Shown here: positions 48,817 through 63,443 of the stretch, one piece after another
How the letters are laid out: each line of letters begins with the position of its first letter
Numbering within the stretch: the stretch's first letter is position 1
NCBI RefSeq assembly: GCF_009914755.1
Contig: NC_060942.1
Direction: 5' to 3' (one strand)
Length of the DNA stretch: 64,000 bases
Source of the DNA: the human T2T-CHM13v2.0 reference genome, Homo sapiens
Notes under the pieces: model-generated
What the model saw: the letters and a program-made list of their open reading frames with translations, nothing else
What the model was told of the DNA's origin: nothing
Databases searched by the model: none
Position numbers and translations under genes: made by a program

Positions 48817-51800
48817 TCTTTTTGTAGAATCTGCAAGAGGATATTCGGATAGCTCTAGCGATTTCGATGGATACGGGAATACCTTCATATGAAATCTAGA
48901 CAGAGGCACTCTCAGAAACTGCTTTGTGATATCTGCATTCAAGTCACAGAGTTGAACATTCCCTTTCTTAGAGCAGGTTTGAAACTCTCTTTTTGTAGTA
49001 TCTGGAAGTGGACACTTGGAGCGCTTTGACGCCTTTGGTGAAAAAGGAAATGTCTTCCCATAAAAACTAGACAGAAGCATTCTAAGAAACTTCTTTGGGA
49101 TATATGTACTCAACTAACAGAGTTGAACCTTTCTATTTAGAGATCAGTTTTAAAAAGCTCTTTTTGTCGAATCCGCAAGTGGATATTTGAATAGCTCTGA
49201 GGATTTCGTTGGAGACGGGATTACGTATAAAAAGTAGACAGCAGCATTCTCAAAAGCTTCTTTGTGATCTTTGCTTTTAAATCGCAGAGTTCAATATTCC
49301 CTTCCGTAGAGAAGGTTTGAAACACTCTTTCTGTAGTATCTGGAAGTGGACATTTCGAGCGATTTCAGGCCTAGGTTGAAAAAGGAAATATCTTCCAATA
49401 AAAACTAGACGGAAGCATTCTCAAAAATTTCTTTGTGATGTGCGTCCTCAACTAACAGAGTTCATCCTTTCTTATGATACAGCAGTTTATAAACACTCTT
49501 TTTGTAGAATCTGCAAGTGGATATTTGCATAGCTCTAACCATTTCATAGGAAACGGGAATACCTTCATATAAAATCTAGACAGAGGCACCCTCAGAAACT
49601 GCTTTGTGATATCTGCATTCAAGTCACAGAGTTGAACATTCCCTTTCTTAGAGCAGGTTTGAGACAATCTATTTGTAGTATCTGGTAGTGGACATTTGGA
49701 GCGCTTTGACGCCTTTGGTGAAAAAGGAAATATCTTCCATAAAAACTAGACAGAAGCATTCCAAGAATCTTCCTTGCGATATATGTACTCAACTACCAGA
49801 GTTGAACCTTTCTATTGATAGATCAGTTTTGAAAAGCTCTTTTTGTGGAATCTGCAATTGGATATAAGGATAGTTCTGAGGATTTCGTTGGAGACGGGAT
49901 TGCATATAAAAAGTAGACAGCAGCATTCTCAGAAGCTTCTTTGTGATGTTTGCTTTTAAGTCACAGAGTTGAATATTCCCTTCCATAGAGCAGGTTTGAA
50001 ACCCTCTTTGTCTACTATCTGGAAGTGGACATTTCGAGCGCTTTCAGGCCTATGGTGAACAAGGAAATATCGTCCCATAAAAACTAGACAGAAGCATTCG
50101 CAGAAACTTGTTTGTGATGTGTGTCCTCATCTCACAGAGGTGACCATTTCGTTTGACAGAGCAGTTTGGAAACACGCTTTTTGCAGAATACGCAAGTGGA
50201 TATTTGGATAGCTGTAACGATTTCGTTGGATACGGGAATAACTTCATATAAATTCTAGACAGAGGCACTCTCAGAAACTGCTTTTTGATATCTGCATTCA
50301 AGTCACGGAGTTGAACATTCTCTTTCTTAGAGCAGGTTTGAAACACTCTTTTTGTAGTATCTGGAAGTGGACATTTGGAGGGCTTTGACGCCTTTGGTGA
50401 AAAAGGAAATGTCTTCCCATAAAAACTAGACAGAAGCATTCTAAGAAACTTCTTTGGGATATATGTACTCAACTAACAGAGTTGAACCTTTCTCTTTATA
50501 GATCAGTTTTGAAAAGCTCTTTTTTTGGAATCTGCAAGTGGATATTAAAATAGCTCTGAGGATTTCGTTGGAGACGGGATGACATATAAAAAGTAGACAG
50601 CAGCATTCTCAGAAGCGTCTTTGTGATGTTTGCTTTTAAGTCACAGAGTTGAATTTTCCCTTCCATAGAGCAGGTTTGAAACAATCTTTCTGTAGTATCT
50701 GGAAGTGGACATTTCGAGCGCTTTCAGGCCTATGTTGAAAAATTAAATATCTTCTCATAAAAACTATACAGAAGCATTCTCAGAAACGTCTTTGTGATGT
50801 GTGGCCTCAACTAACAGAGTTCAACCTTTCTTATGATACAGCAGTTTGGAAACACTCTTTTTGTAGAATATGCAATTGGATATTTGGATAGCTCTAAGTA
50901 TTTCGTTGGAGACGGGAATATCTTCATATAAAATCTAGACAGAAGCACTCTCAGAAACTACTTTGTGATATCTGCATTCAAGTCACAGAGTTGAAAATTC
51001 CCTTTCTTAGACCAGGTTTTAAACCGTCTTCTCGTGGAATCTGCAGGAGAATATTTCGATAGCCTTGAGGGTTTAGTTGGAAACGGGATTACATATACAA
51101 AGTAGACAGCAGCATTCTCAGAAGCTTCTTTGTGATGTTTGCTTGTAAGTCACAGAGTTGAACATTCTCTTTCATAGAGCAGGTTTGAAACACTCTTCCT
51201 GTAGTATCTGGAAGTGGACATTTCGAGCGCTTTCAGGCCTATGGTGAACAAGGAAATATCTTCCCATAAAAACTAGATAGAAGCATTCGCAGAAACTTCT
51301 TTGTGATGTGTGTCCTCAACTCACAGAGTCGAACATTTCGTTTGACAGAGCAGTTTGGAAACACGCTTTTTGTAGAATCTGCAAGTGGATATTTGGATAG
51401 CTTTGCGGATTTTGCTTGAAACGGGAGTATCTTCCTATTAAACCTAGACAGAAACATTCTCAGAAACTGCTTTGTGATGTCTGCATTCACGTCACGGAGT
51501 TGAACATTCCCTTTCATAGAGCAGGTTTGAAACTCCCTTTCTGTAGTATCTGGATGTGGACACTTGGAGGGCTTTGACGCTTACGGTGAAAAAGGAAATA
51601 TGTTCCCATGAAAACTAGACAGAAGCATTCTCACAAACTGGTTTGTGATGTATGTCCTCAACTAACAGACTTGAACCTTTCTATTTACAGAGCAGTTTTG
51701 AAAGACACTTTTTGGAGACTCTGCAAGTGGATATTTGGAGAGCTTTAAGGATTTCACTGGAAACCGGAATATCTTGAGGAAAAATCTAGACAGAGGCATT

Positions 51801-54800
51801 CTCAGAAACTTCTTTGTGATGTGTGTCCTCAACTAACAGAGTACAACTTGTCTTCTGATACAGCAGTTTCAAAACACTCTTTTTGTAGAAACTCCAAGAG
51901 GATATTTCGATAGCTCTAACGGTTTCGTTGGAAACCGGAATACCTTCATATAAAATTTAGCAGAGGCACTCTCAGAAACTGCTTTGTGATATCTGCATTC
52001 AAGTCACAGAGTTGAACATTCCCTTTCTTAGAGCAGGTTTGAAACACCCTTTTTGTAGTATCTGGAAGTGGACATTTGGAGCGCTTTGACGCCTCTGGTG
52101 AAAAAGGAAAGGTCTTCCCATAAAAACTAGACAGAAGCATTCTAAGGAACTTCTTTGGGATATATGTACTCAACTAACACAGTTGAACCTTTCTATTTAT
52201 AGATCAGTTTTGAAAAGCTCTTTTTGTGGAATCCGCATGTGGATATTAGGATAGCACTGAGGATTTCGTTGGAGACGGGATTACGTATAAAAAGTAGACA
52301 GCAGCATTCTCAGAAGCTTCTTTGTGATGTTTGCTTTTAAATCGCAGAGTTCAATATTCCCTTCCATAGAGCAGGTTTGAGACACTCTTTCTGTAGTATC
52401 TGGAAGTGGACATTTCGAGCGATTTCAGGCCTAGGTTGAAAAAGGAAATATCTTCCAATAAAAATTAGACGGAAGCATTCTCAAAAATTTCTTTGTGATG
52501 TGTGTCCTCAACTAACAGGGTTCAACCTTTCTTTTGATACAGCAGTTTGTAAACACTCTTTTTGTAGAATCTGCATGTGGATATTTGGATAGCTCTAACC
52601 ATTTCATAGGAAACGAGAATAACTTCATATAAAATCTAGACAGAGGCACTCTCAGAAACTACTTTGTGATATCTGCGTTCAAGTCACAGAGTTGAACATT
52701 CCCTTTCTTAGAGCAGGTTTGAGACACTCTTTTTGTAGTATCTGGAAGTGGACATTTGGAGCGCTTTGACGCCTTTGGTGAAAAAGGAAATATCTTCCAT
52801 AAAAACTAGACAGAAGCATTCTAAGAAACTTCTTGGCGATATATGTACTCACCTAACAGAGTTGAACCTTTCTATTGATAGATCAGTTTCGAAAAGCTCT
52901 TTTTGTGGAATCTGCAATTGGATATAAGGATAGTTCTGAGGATTTCGTTGGAGACGGGATTGCATATAAAAAGTAGACAGCAGCATTCTCAGAAGCTTCT
53001 TTGTGATGTTTGCTTTTAAGTCACAGAGTTGAATATTCCCTTCCATAGAGCAGGTTTGAAACCCTCTTTCTCTACTATCTGGAAGTGGACATTTCGAGCG
53101 CTTTCAGGCCTATGGTGAACAAGGAAATATCGTCCCATAAAAACTAGACAGAAGCATTAGCAGAAAATTGTTTGTGATGTGTGCCCTCAACTCACAGAGT
53201 GGAACACTTCGTTTCACAGAGCAGTTTGGAAACACGCTTTTTGTAGAATTTGCATGTGGATATTTGGATAGCTTTGTGGATTTCGTTGGAAACGGAAGTA
53301 TCCTCATATAAAAATTAGACAGAAACATTCTCAGAAACCGCTTTGTGATGTCTGCATTCACGTCACAGAGTTGAACATTCCCTTTCATAGAGCAGGTTTG
53401 AAACACTCTTTCTGTAGTATCTGGATGTGGACACTTGGAGCACATTGACGCTTACGGTAAAAAAGGAAATATCTTCCCATAAAAACTAGACAGAAGCATT
53501 CTCACAAACTGGTTTGTGATGTATGTCCTCAACTAACAGCGTTGAACCTTTCTATTTACAGAGCAGTTTTGAAAGACTCTTTTTGGAGAATCTGTAAGCG
53601 GATATTTGGAGAGCTTCAAGGATTTCATTTTAAACCGTAATATCTTCAGGTAAAATCTAGCCAGAGGCATTCTCAGAAACTTATTTATGATGTGTGTCCT
53701 CAACTAACAGAGTACAACCTATCTTTTGATACAGCAGTTTGGAAACACTCTTTTTGTAGAATCTGCAAGTGGATATTTCGATAGCTGTAACGATTTCGTT
53801 GGAAATGGGAATACCTTCATATAAAATCTAGAGAGGCACTCTCCGAAAGTGCTTTGAGCTATCTGCTTTCAAGTCACAGAGTTGAACATTCCCTTTCTTA
53901 GAGAAGGTTTGAAACACTCTTTTTGTAGTATGTGTAAGTGGACACTTAGACCGCTTCGACCCCTTTGGTGAAAAAGGAAATGTCTTCCCATAAAAACTAG
54001 ACAGAAGCATTCTAAGAAACTTCTTTGGGATATATGTACTCAACTAACAGAGTTGAACCTTTCTATTTCTGGGTCAGTTTTGAGAAGCTCTTTTTCTGTA
54101 ATCTGCAAGTGGATATTCGGATAGCTCTGAGGATTTCCTTGGAAACGGGATTTCATATAAAATATAGACAGCAGCATTCTCAGAAGCTTCTTTGTGATGG
54201 TTGCTTTTAAGTCACAGAGTTGAATATTCCCTTCCATAGAGCAGGATTGAAACACTCTTTCTGTAGTATCCGGAAGTGGACATTTCGGGCGATTTCAGTC
54301 CTATGTTGAAAAAGGAAATATCATCCCATAAAAACTAGACAGAAGCATTCTCAGAAATTTCTTTGTGATGTGTGTCCTCAACTAACAGAGTTCAAACTGT
54401 CTTATGATACAGCAGTTTGGAAACACTCCTTTTGTAGAATATGCAAGTGGATATTTGGATAGCTCTAACTATTTCGTTGGAAACGGGAATATCTTCATAT
54501 AAAATCTAGACACAAGCACTCTCAGAAACTACTTTCTGATATCTGCATTCAAGTCACAGAGTTGAATATTCCCTTTCTTAGAGCAGGTTTGAAACCGTCT
54601 TTTCGTGGAATCTGCAGGAGGATATTTGGATAGCTTTGAGGATTTCGTTGGAAAAGGGATTAAATATAAAAATAGAAAGCAGCATTCTCAGAAGCTTCTT
54701 TGTGATGTTTGCTTTTAAGTCACAGTGTTCAACATTCCCTTTCATAGAGCAGTTTTGAAACACTCTTTCTGTAGTATCTGGAAGTGGACATTTCGAGTGC

Positions 54801-57800
54801 TTTCAGGCCTATGGTGAAAAAGGAAATATCTTCCGATAAAAACTAGACAGAAGCATTCGCAGAAACTTGTTTGTGATATGTATCCTCAACTATCAGAGTT
54901 GAACATTTCATTTGACAGAGCAGTTTGGAAACACGCTTTTTGTAGAATCTGCAAGTGGATATTTGGATAGCTTTGTGGATTTCCTTGGAAACGGGAGTAT
55001 CTTCATATAAAACCTAGACAGAAACATTCTCAGAAACTGCTATATGATGTCTGCATTCACGTCACAGAGTTGATCATTCCCTTTCATAGAGCAGGTTTGA
55101 AACACTCTTTCTGTACTATCTGGATGTGGACACTTGGAGCGCTTTGACGCTTAAGGTGCAAAAGAAATATCTTCCCATAAAAACTAGACAGAAGCATTCT
55201 CACAAACTGGATTGTGATGTTTGTCCTCAACTAACAGAGTTGAAACATTTTATTTGCAGAGCAGTTTTGAAAGACTGTTTTTGGAGAATCTTCAAGTGGA
55301 TATTTGGAGAGCTTTAAGGAATTCATTGGAAACGGGAATATCTTCATATAAAATCTAGACAGAGGCATTCTCAGAAACTTCTTTGTGATGTGTGTCCTCA
55401 ACTAACGGCGGTACATCCTGTCTTTTGATACAGCAGTTTGGAAACACTCTTTTTGTAGAATCTGCCAGTGGATATTTGCATAGCTCTAATGATTTCTTTG
55501 GAAACGGGAATACCTTCATATAAAATCTAGACAGAGGCACTCTCAGAAACTGCTTTGTGATATCTGCATTCAAGTCACACAGTTCAACATTCCCTTTCTT
55601 AGAGCAGGTTTGAAACACTCTTTTTGCAGGATCTGGAAGTGGACATTTGGAGCGCTTTGACGCCTTTGGTGATAAAGGAAATGTCTTCACATAAAAACTA
55701 GAAAGAAGCATTCTAAGAAACATCTTTGTGATATATGTACTCAACTAACCGAGTTGAACCTTGCTCTTTATAGATCAGCTTTTTAATGCTCTTTTTGTGG
55801 AATCTGCAAGTGGATATTTGGATAGCTTTCAGGATTTCGTTGGAAACGGGATTACAAACAAAATGTAGACAGCAGCATTCTCAGAAACTTCTTTGTGATG
55901 TTTGCTTTTAAGTCACAGAGTTGAACATTCCCTTCCATAGAGCAGTTTAGAAACACTCTTTCTATAGTATCTGGAAGTGGACATTTCGAGCGATTTCAGG
56001 CCTATGTTGAAAAACGAAATATCTTCCCATAAAAACTAGACAGTAGCATACTCAGAAGCTTCTTTGTGATGCTTGCTTTTAAGTCACAGAGTTGAACATT
56101 CCCTTTCGTAGAGCAGGTTTCAGACACTCTTTCTGTAGTATCTGGAAGTGGACATTTCGAGTGTTTTCAGGCCTATGGTGAACAAGGAAATATCTTCCCA
56201 TAAAAACCAGACACAAGCATTTGCAGAAACTTGTTTGTGATGCGTGTCCTCAACTCACAGAATAGAACATTTCGTTTGACAGAGCAGCTTGGAAACACGC
56301 TTTTTGTAGAATCTGCAAGTGGATATTTGGATAGCTTTGTGGATTTCGTTGGAAACGGGAGAATCTCCATATAAAACCTAGACAGAAACATTCTCAGAAA
56401 CTGCTTTGTGATGTCTGCATTCACGTTACAGAGTTGAATATTCCCCTTCATAGAGCAGGTTTGATACACTCTTTCTGTAGTATCTGGATGTGGACACTTG
56501 GAGCGCTTTGACGCTTACAGTGAAAAAGGAAATATCTTCCCATAAAAACTAGACAGAAGCATTCTCACAAACTGGTTTGTGATGTATGTCCTCATCTAAC
56601 AGAGTTGAACTTTTCTATTTACAGAGCAGTTTTGAAAGACTCTTTTTGGAGAATCTGCAAGTGGATATTTCGAGAGCTTTAAGGATTTCACTGGAAACCC
56701 GAATATCTTCAGGTAAAATCTAGACAGAGGCATTCTCAGAAACCTCTTTGTGATGTGTGTCCTCAACTAACAAAGTACTACCTGGCTTTTGATACAGCAG
56801 TTTGGAAACACTCTTTTTGTACAATCTGCAAGTGGATATTTGGATAGCTCTAAAGATTTCGTAGGAAACGGGAATACCTTCATATAAAATCTAGACAGAG
56901 GCACTCTCAGAAACTGCTTTGTGATATCTGCATTCAAGTCACAGTGTTGAACATTCCCTTTCTGAGAGCAGGTTTGAACCACTCTTTTTGTAGTATCTGG
57001 AAGTGGACATTTGGAGCGCTTTGACGCCATTGGTGAAAAAGGAAATGTCTTCCCATAAAAACTAGACAGGAGCATTCTAAGAAACTTCTTTGGGATATAT
57101 GTACTCAACTAACAGAGTTGAAACTTTCTATTTAGAGATCAGTTTTGAAAAGCTCTTTTTGTGGAATCTGCAAGTCGATGTTAGGATACCGCCGAAGATT
57201 TCGTTGGAGACGGGATTACATATAAAAATAGACAGCAGCATTCTCAGAAGCTTCTTTGTGATGTTTGCTTTTAAATCACAGAGTTGAATATTCCCTTCCA
57301 TAGAGCAGGTTTGAAACACTCTTTCTGTAGTATCTGGAAGTGGACATTTCGAGCGATTTCAGGCCTATGTTGAAAAAGGAAATATCTTCCCATAAAAACT
57401 AGACAGAAGCATTCTCAGAAACTTCTTTGTGATGTGTGTCCTCAACTAACAGAGTTCAACCTCTCTTATGATACAGCAGTTTGGAAACACTCTTTTTGTA
57501 GAATATGCAACTGGATATTTGGAGAGCTCTAACTATTTTGTTGGTAACGGGAATATCTTCATATAAAATCTAGACAGAAGCACTCTCAGAAACTACTTTG
57601 TGATATCTGCATTCAAGTCACAGAGTTGAATATTCCCTTTCTTAGAGCAGGTTTGAAACCGTCTTTTCGTGGAATCTGCAGGAGGATATTTGGATAGCTT
57701 TGAGGATTTCGTAGGAAACGGGATTACATATACAAAGTGGACAGCAGCATTCTCAGAAGCTTCTTTGTGATGTTTGCTTTTAAGTCACAGAGTTGAACAT

Positions 57801-60800
57801 TCCCTTTCATAGAGCAGGTTTCAAACACTCTTTCTGTAATATCTGGAAGTGGCCATTTCGAGCGCTTTCAGGCCTATGGTGAACAAGGAAATATCTTCCC
57901 ATAAAAACTAAACAGAAGCCTTCGCAGAAACTTGTTTGTGATGTGTGTCCTCAACTCACAGAGTTGAACATTTCGTTTGACAGAGCAGTTTGGAAACACG
58001 CTTTTTGTAGAATCTGCAAGTGGATATTTGGATAGCTTTGTGGATTTCCTTGGAAACGGGAGTATCTTCATATAAAACCTAGAAAGAAACATTCTCAGAA
58101 ACTGCTTTGTGATGTCTGTATTCACGTCACAGAGTTGAATATTTCCTTTCATAGAGCAGGTTTGAAACACTCTTTCTGTAGTATCTGGATGTGGACACTT
58201 GGAGCGCTTTGAGGCTTACGGTGCAAAAGGAAATATCTTCCAATGAAAACTAGACAGAAGCATTCTCAAAAACTAGTTTGTGATGTATTTCCTCAACTAA
58301 CAGAGTTGAACCTTTCTATTTACAGAGTAGTTTTGAAAGACTCTTTTTGGAGAATCTACAAGTGGATATTTGAGAGCTTTAAGGATTTCATTGTAAACCG
58401 GAATATCTTCAGGTAAACTCTAGACAGAGGCATTCTCAGAAACTTCTTTGTGATGTGTGTCCTCAACTAACAGAGTTCAGCCTTTGTTATGATACAGCAG
58501 TTTGGAAACACTCTTTTTGTACTATCAGGAAGTGGACTTTTGGAGCGCTTTGACACCTTTGGTGATAAAGAGATGTCTTCCCATAAAAACCAGACGGAAG
58601 CATTCTAAGAGAATTCTTTGGGATATAAGTACTCAACTAACAGAGTTGAACCTTTCTATTTATAGATCAGTCTTGAAAAGCTCTTTTCGTGGAATCTGCA
58701 AGTGAATCTTAGGATAGCTCTGAGGATTTCGTTGGAAATCGGATTACATATAAAAAGTAGACAGCAGCATTCTCAGAAACTTCTTTGTGATGTTTGCTTT
58801 TAAGTCACAGAGTTCAATATTCCCTTCCATAGAGCCGGTTTGAAACACTTTTTTTGTAGTATCTGGAAGTGGACATTTCGAGCGATTTCAGGCCTATGTT
58901 GAAAAAGGAAACATCTTCCCATAAAAAAAGACAGAAGCATTCTCAGAAACTTCTTTGTGATGTGTGTCCTCAACTAACAGAGTTCAACCTCTCGTATAAT
59001 ACAGCAGTTTGAAAAAACACTTTTTGTAGAATATGCAAGTGGATATTTGAACAGCTCTAACTATTTCGTTCGAAATGGGAATATCTTCATATAAAATCTA
59101 GACAGAAGCACTCTCAGAAACTACATTGTGATATCTGTATTCAAGTCACAGAGTTGAATATTCCCTTTCTTAGAGCAGGTTTGAAACCGTCTTTTCGTGG
59201 AAGCTGCAGGAGGATATTTGGATAGCTTTGAGGATTTCGTTGGAAACGGGATTACATATACAAAGTAGACAGCAACATTCTCAGAAGCTTCTTTGTGATG
59301 TTTGCTTCTAAGTCACAGAGTTGAACATTCCCTTTCATACAGCAGGTTTGAAACACTCTTTCTGTAGTATCTGGAAGTGGACATTTCGAGCGCTTTCAGG
59401 CCCATGGTGAAAAAGGAAATATCTCCCCATAAAAACTAGACAGAAGCATTCGCAGAAACTTGTTTGTGATGTGTGTCCTCAACCAACAGAGTTGAACATT
59501 TCCTGTGACAGAGCAGTTTGGAAACACGCTTTTTGTAGAATCTGCAATTGGATATTTGGATAGCTTTGTGGATGTCGTTGGAAACGGGAGTATCTTCATA
59601 TAAAACCTAGACGGAAACATTCTCCGAAACTCCTTTGTAATGTCTGCATTCACGTCACAGAGTTGAACATTCCCTTTCATAGAGCAGGTTTGAAACACTC
59701 TTTCTGAAGTATCTGGATGTCGACACTTGGAGCGCTTTGACGCTTACACTGAAAAAGGAAATAACTTCCCATGAAAACTAGACAGAAGCATTCTCACAAA
59801 CTGGTTTGTGATGTATGTCCTCAACTAACAGAGTTGAACCTTTCTATTTACAGAGCAATTTTCAAAGACTCTTTTTGGAGAATCTGCAAGTGGATATCTG
59901 GAGATCTTTTAGGATTTCATTGGAAACCGGAATATCTTCAGGTAAAATCTAGACAGAGGCATTCTCAGAAACTTCTTCATGATGTGCGTCCTCAACTAAC
60001 AGAGTACAACCTGTCTTTTGATACATCAGTTTGGAAACACTCTTTTTGTAGAATCTGGAAGTGGATATTTCGATAGCTCTAACGATTTCGTTGGAAACGG
60101 GAATAGCTTCATATAAAATCTAGGCAGAGGCACTCTCAGAAACTACTTTGTGAGATCTGCATTCAAGTCACAGAGTTCAACATTCCCTTTCGTAGATCTG
60201 GTTTGATAGACTCTTTTTGTTGTATCTGGAAGTGGACATTTGGAGCGCTTTGACGACTTTGGTGAAAAAGGAAATATCTTCCCATAAAAACTAGACAGAA
60301 GCATTCTCAGAAACTTGTTTGTGCTGTGTGTACTCAACTGACAGAGCTGAACTTTTCTTTCTACACAGCAGTTTTGAAAAACTCTTTTTGTAGTATCTGC
60401 AAGTGGATAATTGGATGGCTTTAAGGATTTCGTTGGAAATGGGTCTACATTCATGTAAAATCTACACAGAAGCATTCTCAGAAACTTCTTTGGGATATAT
60501 GTACTCAACTAACAGAGTTGAACCTTTCTATTTCTGGGTCAGTTTTGAGAAGCTCTTTTTCTGTAATCTGCAAGTGGATATTCGGATAGCTCTGAGGATT
60601 TCCTTGGAAATGGGATTTCATATAAAATGTAGACAGCAGCATTCTCAGAAGCTTCTTTGTGATGTTTGCTTTTAAGTCACAGAGTTGAATATTCCCTTCC
60701 ATAGAGCAGGATTGAAACACTCTTTCTGTAGTATCCGGAAGTGGACATTTCGGGTGATTTCAGTCCTATGTTGAAAAAGGAAATATCATCCCATAAAAAC

Positions 60801-63443
60801 TAGACAGAAGCATTCTCAGAAATTTCTTTGTGATGTGTGTCCTCAACTAACAGAGTTCAAACTGTCTTATGATACAGCAGTTTGGAAACACTCCTTTTGT
60901 AGAATATGCAAGTGGATACTTGGATAGCTCTAACTATTTCGTTGGAAACGGGAATATCATCATATAAAATCTAGACACAAGCACTCTCAGAAACTACATT
61001 CTAATATCTGCATTCAAGTCACAGAGTTGAATATTCCCTTTCTTAGAGCAGGTTTGAAACCGTCTTTTCGTGGAATGTGCAGGAGGATATTTGGATAGCT
61101 TTGAGGATTTCGTTGGAAAAGGGATTACATATACAAAGTAGAAAGCAGCATTCTCAGAAGCTTCTTTGTGATGTTTGCTTTTAAGTCACAGAGTTGAACA
61201 TTCCCTTTCATAGAGCAGTTTTGAAACACTCTTTCTGTAGTATCTGGAAGTGGACATTTCGAGTGCTTTCCGAACTATCGTGAAAAAGGAAATATCTTCC
61301 GATAAAAACTAGACAGAAGCATTCGCAGAAACTTGTTTGTGATGTGTGTCCTCAACTCACAGAGTTGAACATTTCGTTTGACAGAGCAGTTTGGAAACAC
61401 GCTTTTTGTAGAATCTGCAAGTGGATATTTGGATAGCTTTGTGGATTTCCTTGGAAACGGGAGTATCTTCATATAAAACCTAGAAAGAAACATTCTCAGA
61501 AACTGCTTTGTGATGTCTGTATTCACGTCACAGAGTTGAATATTTCCTTTCATAGAGCAGGTTTGAAACACTCTTTCTGTAGTATCTGGATGTGGACACT
61601 TGGAGCGCTTTGAGGCTTACGGTGCAAAAGGAAATATCTTCCAATGAAAACTAGACAGAAGCATTCTCAAAAACTAGTTTGTGATGTATTTCCTCAACTA
61701 ACAGAGTTGAACCTTTCTATTTACAGAGTAGTTTTGAAAGACTCTTTTTGGAGAATCTGCAAGTGGATATTTGGAGAGCTTTAAGGATTTCATTGTAAAC
61801 CGGAATATCTTCAGGTAAAATCTAGACAGAGGCATTCTCAGAAACTTCTTTGTGACGTGTGTCCTCAACTAACAGAGTTCAGCCTTTGTTATGATACAGC
61901 AGTTTGGAAACACTCTTTTTGTACTATCAGGAAGTGGACTTCTGGAGCGCTTTGACACCTTTGGTGATAAAGAGATGTCTTCCCATAAAAACCAGACGGA
62001 AGCATTCTAAGAGAATTCTTTGGGATATACGTACTCAACTAACAGAGTTGAACCTTTCTATTTATAGATCAGTCTTGAAAAGCTCTTTTCGTGGAATCTG
62101 CAAGTGAATCTTAGGATAGCTCTGAGGATTGCGTTGGAAACGGGATTACATATAAAAAGTAGACAGCAGCATTCTCAGAAACTTCTTTGTGATGTTTGCT
62201 TTTAAGTCACAGAGTTCAATATTCCCTTCCATAGAGCCGGTTTGAAACACTTTTTTTGTAGTATCTGGAAGTGGACATTTCGAGCGATTTCAGGCCTATG
62301 TTGAAAAAGGAAACATCTTCCCATAAAAACAAGACAGAAGCATTCTCAGAAACTTCTTTGTGATGTGTGTCCTCAACTAACAGAGTTCAACCTCTCTTAT
62401 AATACAGCAGTTTGAAAAAACACTTTTTGTAGAATATGCAAGTGGATATTTGAACAGCTCTAACTATTTCGTTCGAAATGGGAATATCTTCATATAAAAT
62501 CTAGACAGAAGCACTCTCAGAAACTACATTGTGATATCAGTATTCAAATCACAGAGTTGAATATTCCCTTTCTTAGAGCAGGTTTGAAACCGTCTTTTCG
62601 TGGAAGCTGCAGGAGGATATTTGGATAGCTTTGAGGATTTCGTTGGAAACGGGATTACATATACAAAGTAGACAGCAACATTCTCAGAAGCTTCTTTGTG
62701 ATGTTTGCTTCTAAGTCACAGAGTTGAACATTCCCTTTCATACAGCAGGTTTGAAACACTCTTTCTGTAGTATCTGGAAGTGGACATTTCGAGCGCTTTC
62801 AGGCCCATGGTGAAAAAGGAAATATCTCCCCATAAAAACTAGACAGAAGCATTCGCAGAAACTTGTTTGTGATGTGTGTCCTCAACCAACAGAGTTGAAC
62901 ATTTCCTGTGACAGAGCAGTTTGGAAACACGCTTTTTGTAGAATCTGCAAGTGGATATTTGGATAGCTTTGTGGATTTCCTTGGGAACGGGAGTATCTTC
63001 ATATAAAACCTAGACGGAAACATTCTCCGAAACTCCTTTGTAATGTCTGCATTCACGTCACAGAGTTGAACATTCCCTTTCATAGAGCAGGTTTGAAACA
63101 CTCTTTCTGAAGTATCTGGATGTGGACACTTGGAGCGCTTTGACGCTTACGGTGAAAAAAGGAATAACTTCCCATGAAAACTAGACAGAAGCATTCTCAC
63201 AAACTGGTTTGTGATGTATGTCCTCAACTAACAGAGTTGAACCTTTCTATTTACAGAGCAGTTTTCAAAGACTCTTTTTGGAGAATCTGCAAGTGGATAT
63301 CTGGAGATCTTTAAGGATTTCACTGGAAACCGGAATATCTTCAGGTAAAATCTAGACAGAGGCATTCTCGGAAACTTCTTCGTGATGTGCGTCCTCAACT
63401 AACAGAGTACAACCTGTCTTTTGATACATCAGTTTGGAAACAC
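48817..63443 (+). repeat. 86-monomer super-HOR, copy 4 (14,627 bp)
   Basis: The full ORF series is present again (49452 onward); 48802 to 63429 is 14,627. Confidence 0.93.
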
